Assembly: GCA_965644495.1 (NCBI GenBank)
Contig: CBFFSA010000013.1
Span: forward strand, 1 to 64,000
Source: Perkinsela sp. CCAP 1560/9
Taxonomy: Eukaryota > Protista > Euglenozoa: Kinetoplastea
Direction: 5' to 3'
DNA: 64,000 nucleotides
Below the pieces are notes generated by a model. It made no database searches. It was not told the DNA's origin and worked only from the letters and a program-made list of their open reading frames with translations. Below, one piece after another: positions 23,926 through 34,359 of the stretch. The stretch's first letter is position 1. Each line of letters opens with the position of its first letter. The position numbers and the translations under genes were made by a program.

Positions 23926-24053
23926 AAGACGAGATCACGGGAGATCACATGAGAACACGTGAGATCATGCGAGATCATACCCACAGTCCCTCATGTGTAA
24001 CTCTATTTGTTGACAACATATCCAGATGGGTACATAGTGAAAATAAAGTTCAA

Positions 24054-26737
24054 TCATTTCTCTTTCGGAATTATTTTCGTACCATCTACGCTAAGGGCTT
24101 GCAGTTTATCAGGTAAAGTGAAATCGTTGACATTACCGTAAAGCTCCGAGTTATTGTCAAGGCAAAACCATGACAATCGTGGTGGAAGGTTATCAAATCG
24201 CACCAATCCGGAAAACTGATTATTAGAACAGTCGAGAGCATCAAGTTCGAAAGGTAAGTGTTGTAAATTAAGTGGTCCTGTAAACTTGTTGTATGATAGT
24301 TTAATTTATCATACCTTTATAAGGCAGAGAATATGCGGATAGGCCTGGGGGGCGCATATGACGCTGCCCAGACCTATCTTTTACAGACGTTATACCCGTC
24401 CTTCTGTCCAAACGGCAGACTCGCGGTTCTGCCAGATAATGAAACTGCCTCGAAGGGCGGTCTGCATTAGACTTTCTCGACATTTTTCCGCAAGCTTTGT
24501 GTCCTCGTCAAAGAGGAGATTGAGGTTTCGACAAGATGTGAGTAACGAGCCGCGGGCTCCCACTTCGAATACAACAAGGGTCGTCCTAGGGTGATTAATG
24601 CGTCGTTCATGGAAGAGAGCATTATATTTACGGGATTTGCCCTCGTGCGCCTGAGACTGGTTCTCTTCCCAGGGCACAGTGAGCTCAATGATGAACTCAC
24701 TTCCATCCTTAAGTGTAATCAAACCGTCGGGGCGAAGAAGGTCCTCACGGGTGCCGAGCCATGCCGGGGCATTCCTAAATCCGGGGATATCTAGGTGTAC
24801 GCTCTTGGTATACGGCGAACGCAGCAAGTGTTTTCCGAGCTCTTCAAGTAACATGTCATGACGGAGGGTATATCTCCCTTGCTGAAGGGACTCTTTGCAC
24901 CCCGAGAGCACGTGCCTTGTTGTTTGAGGTTCGAGTTTACATATGGGACATGTTACACTCGCACGCCGGAGACCCCAAAGCCGAAGATTGGTTCTGGATG
25001 GTAGGGGTGAAAGCGTTAGTACTGAAGCTGCGAAGCGAGAAAGTTTTTCACTGTTGAGGTTGTTCAGGGCCGCTGAGAACTCTTTCGCGAGATCAGCCTC
25101 GGAGGGGAGGCTCCACTATTTTGCTGCTGTCGGTGCCCGTCTCTGAAGCTGATTTATGACGTAAGATTCATGGTGATCACGGGCTATCTGTTGCGCCTTC
25201 CGCGCGTCATGAAGGTGTTGAATGGCGTCAGCGCTTGGACGAATATAACCAGAGGATCGTTTTTCTTCTTCTTGCTTGATTCGGGCTCGTAGTGCCGCCT
25301 GTATCGATGGGTCCCGCCACTTGTGCATCTGTGTTAAGGCTAGGATAGAGCATTCGGACCACAGCTTGGATAAACTTTTAAGGTTCCACCCTCGTTCAGT
25401 ATAAAGAATTTCGGTGCAAGTCGTGGATGCTGCATTGATCCATTTCTTAAGGTGACGTGTAATTCTTTTCTGCAATCGCAATACAAAGTTGAAAGTGACA
25501 CACGGGTGAACGGTGAGGGCGTAGCGCAGACGGGATACGATCGCTCTGTTGTAGATCCAAAGTTTTTCGGGGAGACTGTGTGCACTCTCGTCGACATTCC
25601 GAAGCCATGTTCTTAGTCTGACATCCAGCTTTTTGAAAAGTTCTTTCGCTTGCTGTGCTCCTGGTGCTATGGTCATTCCAAGAAAAGTGCTTCCACGGTC
25701 AAATATATGTGGTATCGCTTTGCCTTCGATACTGAGTCTCGGCTTCCTGGTCATGTACCCCGGGTGCTCACTGCCTTCACGCATGGACATGCACTGTGTA
25801 CGGCTCTTGTCTACGTTGATTGAGAGTCCTATTCGTCTCAGTGCAGTTTCGAGTGTGTTGGTCGCGTGCTGCATGTCGGTATCGCTGCTAGTCAGTATCG
25901 TCAGGTCGTCAACGTAGGCTTTCAGGAAATGCCTTGGAGTATCTGGGTAGTCAAGGCCATACCGGGGGCACGATTGCTTGAGGTATCGTAGTACAGTTTC
26001 CATCACTAAGTTGAAAATTATGGGCGACAGGGTATCACCTTGTAGTACGCCTCTGTGTATCGGTATAGCACGTGACAAACCTTCGACACACTTAATACGC
26101 ATTTCCGCATGTGAATACATGCTTCTATGTATGTTCTCATCTATGTTAATCATAGATCGCGGTAGACTGGTGAGGTCGATTTCACCGGATAAATTGGTGT
26201 CCGACATTAATAAGAGGAAAATATGATTCCCCAGGCAGGTTAAATCTATATTCCCCTGAAAAAAGTTGTTACACAGGATAAGTTCCTCCATGTTTTGTGG
26301 TAAATGGTGGAATTCCAAAGAGCCTGAAAATTGGTTACAGTTTATGGCAAACTCATCAAGTTCAGCCGGCAACATATCGAACAGTACTTTTCCCGTAAGA
26401 TCGTTGCAAGATGCTTTAAATTTGTGTAACGTGCGTAATGTGTAACGCCATTGCAGTGATCCTTTCAGTCGATTACTCCCAAATATGCCGAATGTTTCCC
26501 AAATAATGTTCGTTACTTGTTGTCCATCACAATCCACACCTTTCCACTCACATGCTGGCGTTGATGTATTCCACGATGGGTCTGGGTTCTCAATATCAGC
26601 GGCAAATCGTGCGAGCTCATATTCTTGTGGTTATTCGTTCCTCGCACCCTACTGGGAAGTCTACGTGTTGCATCGACATTTGACACATCAGCTGTGCAAC
26701 ACAGATAATACACTAAGGATATCATATTCGTACTCAT
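24054..26737 (-). pseudogene. LRR gene split by a retrotransposon
   Basis: The 5' part 26737-26139 (SRVRG cap, frameshift near 26632) ends LPRSMINID. The 3' part 24299-24054, absent from the ORF track, reads LSYNKFTGPLNLQHLPFEL...DGTKIIPKEK*. The halves rejoin in frame. Confidence 0.9.
24300..26138 (-). mobile_element. 5'-truncated HERO-like non-LTR retrotransposon
   Basis: RT motifs RGVLQGDTLSP and AYVDD, CCHC knuckle CPIC..H..C, RYTLRHD, RPDG..IELTVPWEE..KY. One nonsense codon at 25116. About 90-nt 3' UTR. Confidence 0.92.
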
Positions 26738-26914
26738 CGGTGTTACTGAGAACCGTTTACACAGAAAGTAAAAAAAATGTGCAACAATTCAATTTGGTAA
26801 AACATGGTAAAACCACGTCGAAAAATTGACCAAAACAATTTCCCCAAAAAGAAGAGGTCCGACGCCTACGAAGAGTTTCTGTGTACACGTTTTAGCCCCT
26901 TCTACAACCCGATT

Positions 26915-29734
26915 TCATTCCTTACCCCCTCCCCCCCTTTCCCCTCCCCTCTCCTCCCCCTCCCTCCCCCCCACCATCTCCCACACCACCAGCACCGCCA
27001 ACGCGATCCCCGGCCCGACCACCACCCCTTTCAACCCAAACGTCGTCACCCCTAGTACCATCGCGAGACCCACCAACGGGGAGGACAACCCTGGCACCCG
27101 CAACAGGGTGTCCTCCCCCCCCCGCGCCCCCACCCCCACCACCCACACCAGCGCGACCATCCCGGCCACGCTCACGGGGGTAGTACCACTACTACCCCTA
27201 CGACTACCACTACTACTGTTGTAGTCGTAGGGGTAGGGGTAGTGGTAGTAGTGGTAGTAGGCCCGGAGCGCTGCGGGGAGCACCGCGACGGAGTACTTGG
27301 GGATGTAGGGGAAGAGCCCTGTGGCGGCTCCGAGGGTTGCGGCGAGGGCGGGGTAGGGGAAGGCGAGGAGGGCGAGGGTGAGGTAGGTGACGGCGCCGTG
27401 GAAGAGGGTGAGGTGGAGGAGGGAGAGGGTGAGGGACTGGAGGCGGGAGGTGAGGGCGGCGTCGAAGGTGGTGGCGAAGGTGGTGGAGGGGGAGGGAGGG
27501 GGGTGGGGACGGGGACGGGGGGGTGGGGGGGGTTTGTTGTTGGGGCTGGGGGTTGGATGGGTAGTCGGGTTGGGGGTTGGATGGGTATTCGGGTTGTTAC
27601 TTGGATGGGTATTCGGGTTGTTGTTTAGGTTGTTATTGGTGTTGTGATTGGAGCTGTTCTTGAGGGTGGATGGGGAGGAGAAACTGGATTGTGGGTTTTG
27701 GGGGGTCGTACGGTTTTTGGGGGGAGGGAGGGTTGGAGCTGGAGGAGGTCGTAGTAGGCTTTGGGTTTTGGGGGGAGTGGTTTTGGAGGGTAGTGGAGTG
27801 GGGGGTTGTGGATGGAGGGGAATACTGGAGGCTCGGATTCCGTGCCGTGGGAGGTATCCGGGGGCGGTGCCACCTCGGCCCAGTGAAATGGGGACGGTGT
27901 GTTTCGTTTTTGCGCCCGCGGGTTTCTTGGTATGCTCCGTTGAAAAACTCGGGCGACGTGGTGAGGGGGAGCGTGAGATAGCGATGTCGGGGTGTGCCTC
28001 CGTTTGTTCTTTACACGGATAGCTCTCCGGAACCACCCCACCCCGTCGGTACCCCTCACCCGATGCAGCCACCGACCGACTGCCTCCTCCTCCCCCCTGT
28101 AGCATACGATGTCCCTTTAGTACGAGGTAGTACACTAGAGTGTGGGGCTGACGGTGTAAAAAAGTCCATAGCAAAAAGAACAACACCACCTCGTAGGCCA
28201 TCGAGAATGATCCGAGGATCAGACCCGCACACAGTGCCGCACTGGAGGCCAGCCCCGTAAAAAGAGAAGCCCCCCCGGACTGGGCCACACTCAGCATGGA
28301 GTCCACCGGGAGGCGCGCCGGTAGGGCATGTGTGAGGTTGTGGTAGAGTTGGGAGAGCGCCGCGAGACGCTCCTGGCTGATCCACGACCCCGAAGAAGAG
28401 AATTGTGGGGATGAAAAGCCGAAGTTCCCGTCCCAGTAGGGCGCCAGGTGCGACACAAGGGTGTGGTACACTGTCGTGAGGTAGGAGTGGGTCGCTGTGG
28501 TGTTGTACGCGGATGCAACTGGGAGCACAGCAGTTTCGTTTCCTTGCTGCAGCAGAGACGGAAGGGCTGAGAGTGTAGCACTCAGGTTGCTGTGAGACGA
28601 AGCCGGCTGGGTGCCATTGTGCCAAAACGTTTGAAGCGCCTCCTCCAATTGACGTGCGTGGCGTACCAGGTCGTATTGCTGAATCCACTTCTCGAGCTGG
28701 TCCTTGGCGTGTGGAAGGAGTGCAGAGCCGTAAAAGCTGACGTGGGGTTCGACCAATTGGTTCAGCGTGGAGGCATGGGCACGAAAGCTCTCAAGCAGAC
28801 TTAAAATTTCGCGCGTCGCACCGTCGAGAACGCACACGCAAGTCGCGCCCAGCAGAATGATACAAAGCAACGCTCGTAGACGCCGCGCAAGAGACGACAG
28901 CGTCAATGCAAAGTCGCGATATTGCTCCGGACTTGCGGTGAGAACAGTAGGTCCGAACGTTTTCTTGCGTTGAACGTAGAAGAGAAATTGCGGCAGAAAG
29001 GATCTCAGGCGCACCAAAGGGGAACGATGTGAAGAAGGGATGTAGCACCAAATCCACAATGGGCCCGACAATGACAAAAGAAAGAGTAAAGCCAAAAAAG
29101 AACGACCGAAAATGGAGCCTAGGACAACGCAGTATGAGAGTACCCCGAGAGTATCCAGCGTGTGCCGACCAATCAGGTGTTCCAGTGCTCCAGTAATTGT
29201 GGAACCCAGAAAAGCATGAAGCAAAGCACGGATTCCAAGCACCTTTGCACTTCCAGACAGCACTAATTCTAACGTTATCCTCCAGCTCCGTATAACTGTG
29301 GTGAAGGGAAAGACAGAGGAGTTGTCCAGAACACGCCGTGCTTGAAGTTGCGAATGTAGACTGCGCACTTCCCCTTGCTTGTGGGAGGGGTGAAAAACGA
29401 CGCTTAAGGCGACGGCCCACAAGATAGTGTCCCAATAGGGACCCAACAAGGTCCAGAGAAAAACCAAGGCGAGAAGAATAGTAGAGGTGAGAAGAAGGGC
29501 CAAAACTACAGTCCACAAGAGTGTGGTGGGATTCAGTGCATGAGAAGTCGGACGAGAACCGTTTGTTTGAAATGAAGAAGGTATAGCGTAGGTCAAAGGA
29601 GAGGACCAATCGGGAGGAGGAAAAGGTGCTGACAGAATGGATGGGGTGGCGCTGGTACGATAATGGGGAGAATGTGTGCGTGAGGGCCTTAAAGGCGGAT
29701 CGAAATCATAGAGAGAATCAGAAGGATCTTCCAT
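26915..29734 (-). CDS. TMEM245 / AI-2E-family multi-pass membrane protein
   Basis: Multiple TM helices, LLGPYWDTILWAVALSVVFHP near the N-terminus and the C-terminal PLVGLAMVLGVTTFGLKGVVVGP signature. Contains a Pro/Asn-rich loop. Confidence 0.75.
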   Translation of the reverse strand: MEDPSDSLYDFDPPLRPSRTHSPHYRTSATPSILSAPFPPPDWSSPLTYAIPSSFQTNGSRPTSHALNPTTLLWTVVLALLLTSTILLALVFLWTLLGPYWDTILWAVALSVVFHPSHKQGEVRSLHSQLQARRVLDNSSVFPFTTVIRSWRITLELVLSGSAKVLGIRALLHAFLGSTITGALEHLIGRHTLDTLGVLSYCVVLGSIFGRSFLALLFLLSLSGPLWIWCYIPSSHRSPLVRLRSFLPQFLFYVQRKKTFGPTVLTASPEQYRDFALTLSSLARRLRALLCIILLGATCVCVLDGATREILSLLESFRAHASTLNQLVEPHVSFYGSALLPHAKDQLEKWIQQYDLVRHARQLEEALQTFWHNGTQPASSHSNLSATLSALPSLLQQGNETAVLPVASAYNTTATHSYLTTVYHTLVSHLAPYWDGNFGFSSPQFSSSGSWISQERLAALSQLYHNLTHALPARLPVDSMLSVAQSGGASLFTGLASSAALCAGLILGSFSMAYEVVLFFLLWTFLHRQPHTLVYYLVLKGHRMLQGGGGGSRSVAASGEGYRRGGVVPESYPCKEQTEAHPDIAISRSPSPRRPSFSTEHTKKPAGAKTKHTVPISLGRGGTAPGYLPRHGIRASSIPLHPQPPTPLPSKTTPPKTQSLLRPPPAPTLPPPKNRTTPQNPQSSFSSPSTLKNSSNHNTNNNLNNNPNTHPSNNPNTHPTPNPTTHPTPSPNNKPPPPPRPRPHPPPSPSTTFATTFDAALTSRLQSLTLSLLHLTLFHGAVTYLTLALLAFPYPALAATLGAATGLFPYIPKYSVAVLPAALRAYYHYYHYPYPYDYNSSSGSRRGSSGTTPVSVAGMVALVWVVGVGARGGEDTLLRVPGLSSPLVGLAMVLGVTTFGLKGVVVGPGIALAVLVVWEMVGGREGEERGGERGGGGKE

Positions 29735-30432
29735 GCCAGATTTTAAAGTAGAAGTACAGAAAAGAAATAAAAAAAGTACACTTTTGTAGATAATGCGGAA
29801 ATAGAGACTTTCTAATTATCAGCCCTACAAGCCCCCGAAGCATCGTGCCCCCTGTACTACTCTCCTTTTCATAAGGAACCCTTAAAGAACCGTCGACACA
29901 TTAATTCAGGGGAAAAACATCAGGGGTGAGGTTGGGGTCTGCCGGAGTACGCTTAAAAGGAGGGGGTGCGGTACTGTCCCCGCAAACACACGTATCGCGG
30001 GAAAGATAAAATAAGGGAAGGTAAACTAAGGGAAAAATCGTAGTTGATCGTTTATTTCAGTAATCGAGGGTAGAGCGGCAGTTGTGCGACCATCGAAACA
30101 AATCACTGAACTCCATCTTTAAAAAACGATACACTTTCATCAAAACAGTACAAACCCTCATCAAAATGTTGCAAGCTAAAGTACGCATAAAATTTTAGCA
30201 CAGTCCACGTTTTCCAATTTTTTCTAATTTGCTTCAAAAAGAAATATCGGAAAAAATCTTTACATTTCTGTTACAGAAAACATTGATACATGTACAGAAT
30301 TTCTGTACATGAAGCCGAAAGTTACATTGAAAACATTCTTTAAACATTTTAACGATAGTTAAAAGATTGTTAAAATCGTAAGGGAAATAAAACTTTGTAC
30401 ATCTAGATTGTCTTTTATTTCTCTTCTGACAA

Positions 30433-31017
30433 TTACTTCACTACTATTTTTGTGTCAAACCAGTCTCGAAGACGTAAAGTATTAGGCAATTTTTGCATAT
30501 CGATGACGCCACCCAAATCCCTGTTTCTCGATAAAAACATGCTCCGCAGATTGTCGGGAATATAATCGAAGCACAGGTCTCCTGAAAAATTGTTGTCTGG
30601 AACCCAAAATTCGCGCAGTGTATGCGGAAGACTTCGAAGTTCAATAGAGCCTTCAAAAGCATTGTTTGTCAAACGAAGGACTTCTAATTGGGGAGGAATA
30701 TAGCTCCAATTTACGCTACCCGACAACATGTTTCGGCAAAGCGAAAGATAAGTCAGGGTTTGGGGGATGTATTCCCATTGAAGAGTACCCGAAAGATGCA
30801 TATTTTCCCATGAAATACCGCGAATCGTGCCTTGCGCATCGCATTCCACACCTACCCACATATTAGCCGAGTTTTCTGCTTTCCAGGAGCTGTGATGATA
30901 TTTTACGCAAGCGATAAATCGAATAAGTTCATATTCTTGTGGCATTGAAGTACCTCTAACTTTTTTTGCTTGGGAGGCCTTCATCGCGTCGCGGTACTGT
31001 AAAGGTATGAGAAACAT
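30433..31017 (-). CDS. Leucine-rich repeat protein
   Basis: KKVRGTSMPQEYEL cap, 4 LRRs and a TKIVVK end. Confidence 0.9.
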   Translation of the reverse strand: MFLIPLQYRDAMKASQAKKVRGTSMPQEYELIRFIACVKYHHSSWKAENSANMWVGVECDAQGTIRGISWENMHLSGTLQWEYIPQTLTYLSLCRNMLSGSVNWSYIPPQLEVLRLTNNAFEGSIELRSLPHTLREFWVPDNNFSGDLCFDYIPDNLRSMFLSRNRDLGGVIDMQKLPNTLRLRDWFDTKIVVK

Positions 31018-31276
31018 GATCGAGATTAAATAAGAAAACTGTGAACTCCGATGTGTAATTTAAATATTAGAGTTCAAATACTTCGTTTACCCCTTTAATC
31101 CCCCCCTTTTCGTAACCTCTCATACGCCAGCTTGTTTGTTTCTTAAAAAGTCCTGAATGATATACTACGACCCTTTGTTGATAAGATGTTGCTAAAAGTG
31201 TAACCTAGGACGCTTGTCCGAAGTCAAGACCAAAAGTTTCGCACGTATTCTGGAAAAACGAAAATTGCGAAAATAA

Positions 31277-31948
31277 TTATTGAAAAAGAAATGAAAGAGT
31301 GAGTAGTCCAATTATCGTAGCGAATCCAAGATAATGTCGCGGTTCACTAGCTTCTTCCATATGATCATGCACGACAGAAGGCCAAGCAGACTCCGACGCA
31401 TCTTCAGGAAATATGAAAACTTTATTTCCTCGCAAATCAACCCGGATAAAGGAGGAAAGAAAAGAAACATCAACAACACCAACGAAATAGTTCTGGTTTA
31501 GGAGAAGTCTCGACAAATTTACTGGCAAGGTAGTCAGATCAAGTGTTCCTTTAAGAAAATTGTCCGAGACCGAAAGGTAGTTGAGGTTGGAGGGTAGCGA
31601 AGTAAGATCAAGTTCGGATGTAAACTCATTGTGTCGAAGTTCTATTTCCAGGATTTGGTTCCCCACCTCTATTAAAGACACCTCTCCTTGAAGCTTGTTG
31701 TTAGAAACATCTATGCGGTACACCTCAACAGGGAGAAAACGCCACGTGAGATTACCTCTCAAGTGCATCATCCCCCAGTCGAGTCGAACGAGCGGTACAT
31801 CCCAAGGTGCAGGCCGCACTTTATCCCACTTTGACAATGGAGTCAATGCATTCCAGGATTGTTCGGTGTGGTGTACATTTTGCAAGAAGGAAACCAAACG
31901 AACTTCTGGAGGATGAAAACAGGATCGCGCCTTAGCAAGTCGAGACAT
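31277..31948 (-). CDS. Leucine-rich repeat protein with C-terminal hydrophobic anchor
   Basis: RLAKARS..PPEVRL cap, LRRs, and the tail LGFATIIGLLTLSFLFQ. Confidence 0.88.
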   Translation of the reverse strand: MSRLAKARSCFHPPEVRLVSFLQNVHHTEQSWNALTPLSKWDKVRPAPWDVPLVRLDWGMMHLRGNLTWRFLPVEVYRIDVSNNKLQGEVSLIEVGNQILEIELRHNEFTSELDLTSLPSNLNYLSVSDNFLKGTLDLTTLPVNLSRLLLNQNYFVGVVDVSFLSSFIRVDLRGNKVFIFPEDASESAWPSVVHDHMEEASEPRHYLGFATIIGLLTLSFLFQ

Positions 31949-32258
31949 CAAAAATGAGATAAAATCAAATAATAAAAACTCCTGACTCGGAAATAATCAT
32001 AATGAAATACTGTACCCCCCTGATCACCTGTCACTACGTGAGGGGTGGAAAATTCAAATGGCCTTATTCGCCAATATCACAAGACGAGTGAGTCGTTTGA
32101 GATGCTGAGCCTCAAAGAGGTGAACAAGACATCCAGGAAGTTGAGCAAACGTCCTAGAAAGGTTTTGCGGTGCGAATATCCTAAGAATTTTGATAGCCTA
32201 CTCACCAAGGCTTGACGTCTGAAGTTTTGTATTGCAAAAAGGGGAGTTGTTGTAAGTA

Positions 32259-33570
32259 AGAGGGGTGACTCCGGGTGGATGTACCTAGGATATCTTTCGT
32301 CAAAATTTTCCTCCTTAGTTCCTTAATATTTTTTGCTTCAATGGGAAGATACAGAAATCATGTTACTGGAATTCTTATTCTGCTGGACTTAAACGAGGGT
32401 TTCGGCATGTAATACAAGTTAATAATACATTGTGCTGCCCCAAATGTCAAGTTTGGGGGGCTATAGGTGTAGGTTGGAGACACCTAGTTGTTCTCGATAA
32501 GGACTCGTCCATCACGAGCATATCTTATGTAAAGACGTTGAAGAAAGCACAATTTCCACAGAATTGTATCTTTCAACAAGATGGGGCTACAGCACACACT
32601 GCCCGTGCCTCTATGGAGTACATTACGGATGGAATGAACGATGTACTTAAAAATTGCCCCCCCAATTCGCCTGACCTTTCCCCCATAGAAAACGTTTGGT
32701 CGATGGTCCAGGATGCGGTGGACGAAAAGACTCCATCGGATAAACTTTCACTTATCCGATGTATACGCAAAGCGTGGTCTCGTTTGCCACAAAAGGTGAT
32801 CGATAAAACTGTTTTGAGTTTTGATGCTCGCCTTAAGAAGTGTATAGAACTCAAAGGCGAAAAAGTGACAAAATGGTAATTGTAATCTAGAAACGCTAGT
32901 TGCTCTTTGTTTCAGCCCACTCTTAGGTGCGCAAAGTTCCTATGGTGAGATCTGCAAAACGCAACAAAAATGAGCTCAAACGGCCACCTGGTCGAGAAAA
33001 AAGGGGGGGGGGGGTGACTTTTCGTTGGGAGGGGTTTAGAAGCGTTAGTCCTGATTGCGAAGAACCGTGAAAAAGGGCTTTTTCAATGTTTCGAATCGTG
33101 CAGAGCTTCAAGGTGTGAAGGAAAGTGAATTCCCAGAATATTGGCGATGCACCCAACGAAGGATGGACAAGAATCGGAAACTGTTCTAGAAAGAGGAAAA
33201 AAGGTGCGGAAACTTATGAAAAAATGACCAGGAGTGAAATGAAATCCAAAATGAAGCAACAGAGTGAGTCACATAGACAAAAAAACGTACGAAAAAACTA
33301 GTACGAAAAAACGTACTAGTTTACTGCGTACCAGTTTAATCGCCGTAAGGCACGTACATTCAAGGAAAACAAATAGACACAATTAGCTACTCATTATGCA
33401 CCATACAATGTTTATTTTTACACCTAACTTGTTAGTAGTACTCCACTTGTTCGTTACATTTCATTGATGTATGCGTGACGTACATATTCATAGATCGATT
33501 ATGCGTTTTTTCACCAAGTCGGAGCTCCGTAGAAGTTTACTGGGAGCGCCTGGGCAGGAGTCACCCCTCT
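32259..33570 (+). mobile_element. Tc1/mariner element remnant
   Basis: TIR AGAGGGGTGACTCC / GGAGTCACCCCTCT. ORF 32430-32879 has VWGAI, FQQDGATAHT and PPNSPDLSPIENVW; close relative of the 14015 copy. Confidence 0.85.
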
Positions 33571-34359
33571 AAGTAGAGGGGTGTATTTCAGGTAGACCTA
33601 AATAAGCAATACTGTTGTACTCCTCACCAACACTGATTACACTGGGATTTCTTTTTCGAACTTTTTCGATAAAACATGTAGAACTATTTTTTTTTGGGGG
33701 AAACATTGAAAAGTATACCAATCATTTTGTCATCTACTAGGTTTCCTTTGATAAATATTTTTGGTGCACTGGACATGAGAAAATGTTTGACACCGGGAAC
33801 GGGATATAATTTTCGCGTTTTTGGTGCACTGAATAATCCAGGGATCTATTCCACTCAGTTAGAATAGAAGATGGCGGTACCACTGTTTGTTGCGGACTAT
33901 TCCTCTAGTTCACATTCTGATGTTTCTGTGGATAAGCGCGAACATTTCCTGGTACGGGATGCGGTAGAATATCAGAAAAATAATTCTGAGTTAAATCAAG
34001 ACGGTGCTTACTATACTTCGGGTAAAATAGTAACATCGGCCACTCCCGTCAATTCGTTATCGGAGATGTTAAGACTGATTAAAGAGCGGGGAAGACTTTG
34101 TAGTCCCACAGAACCTGAAAAGCAGTTCTCACTTAACATACAGTGCTCCAGCTGCAAAGGAAGCTTGGAAAAGTTCAACTCCCCCGAGAAACGATTCCTC
34201 TGCAGATAGAGGTGGACCAAACCCTGCGGCAGAGAATCCAACGTGATCGTCCCAAAGAAACGGTTCTCGGACAATGATGATGATGATATCATATCTTTTA
34301 AGATAGAGTATTTTGAGGATGTAACTAACTTGCGCATATGACGCTGTTAGGTGCATCCC

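Noticed and set aside
30290-30310. TTTCTGTAC match to the SL core
   Set aside because: Part of a short palindrome (ATGTACAGAATTTCTGTACAT); the flanks do not match the SL consensus.
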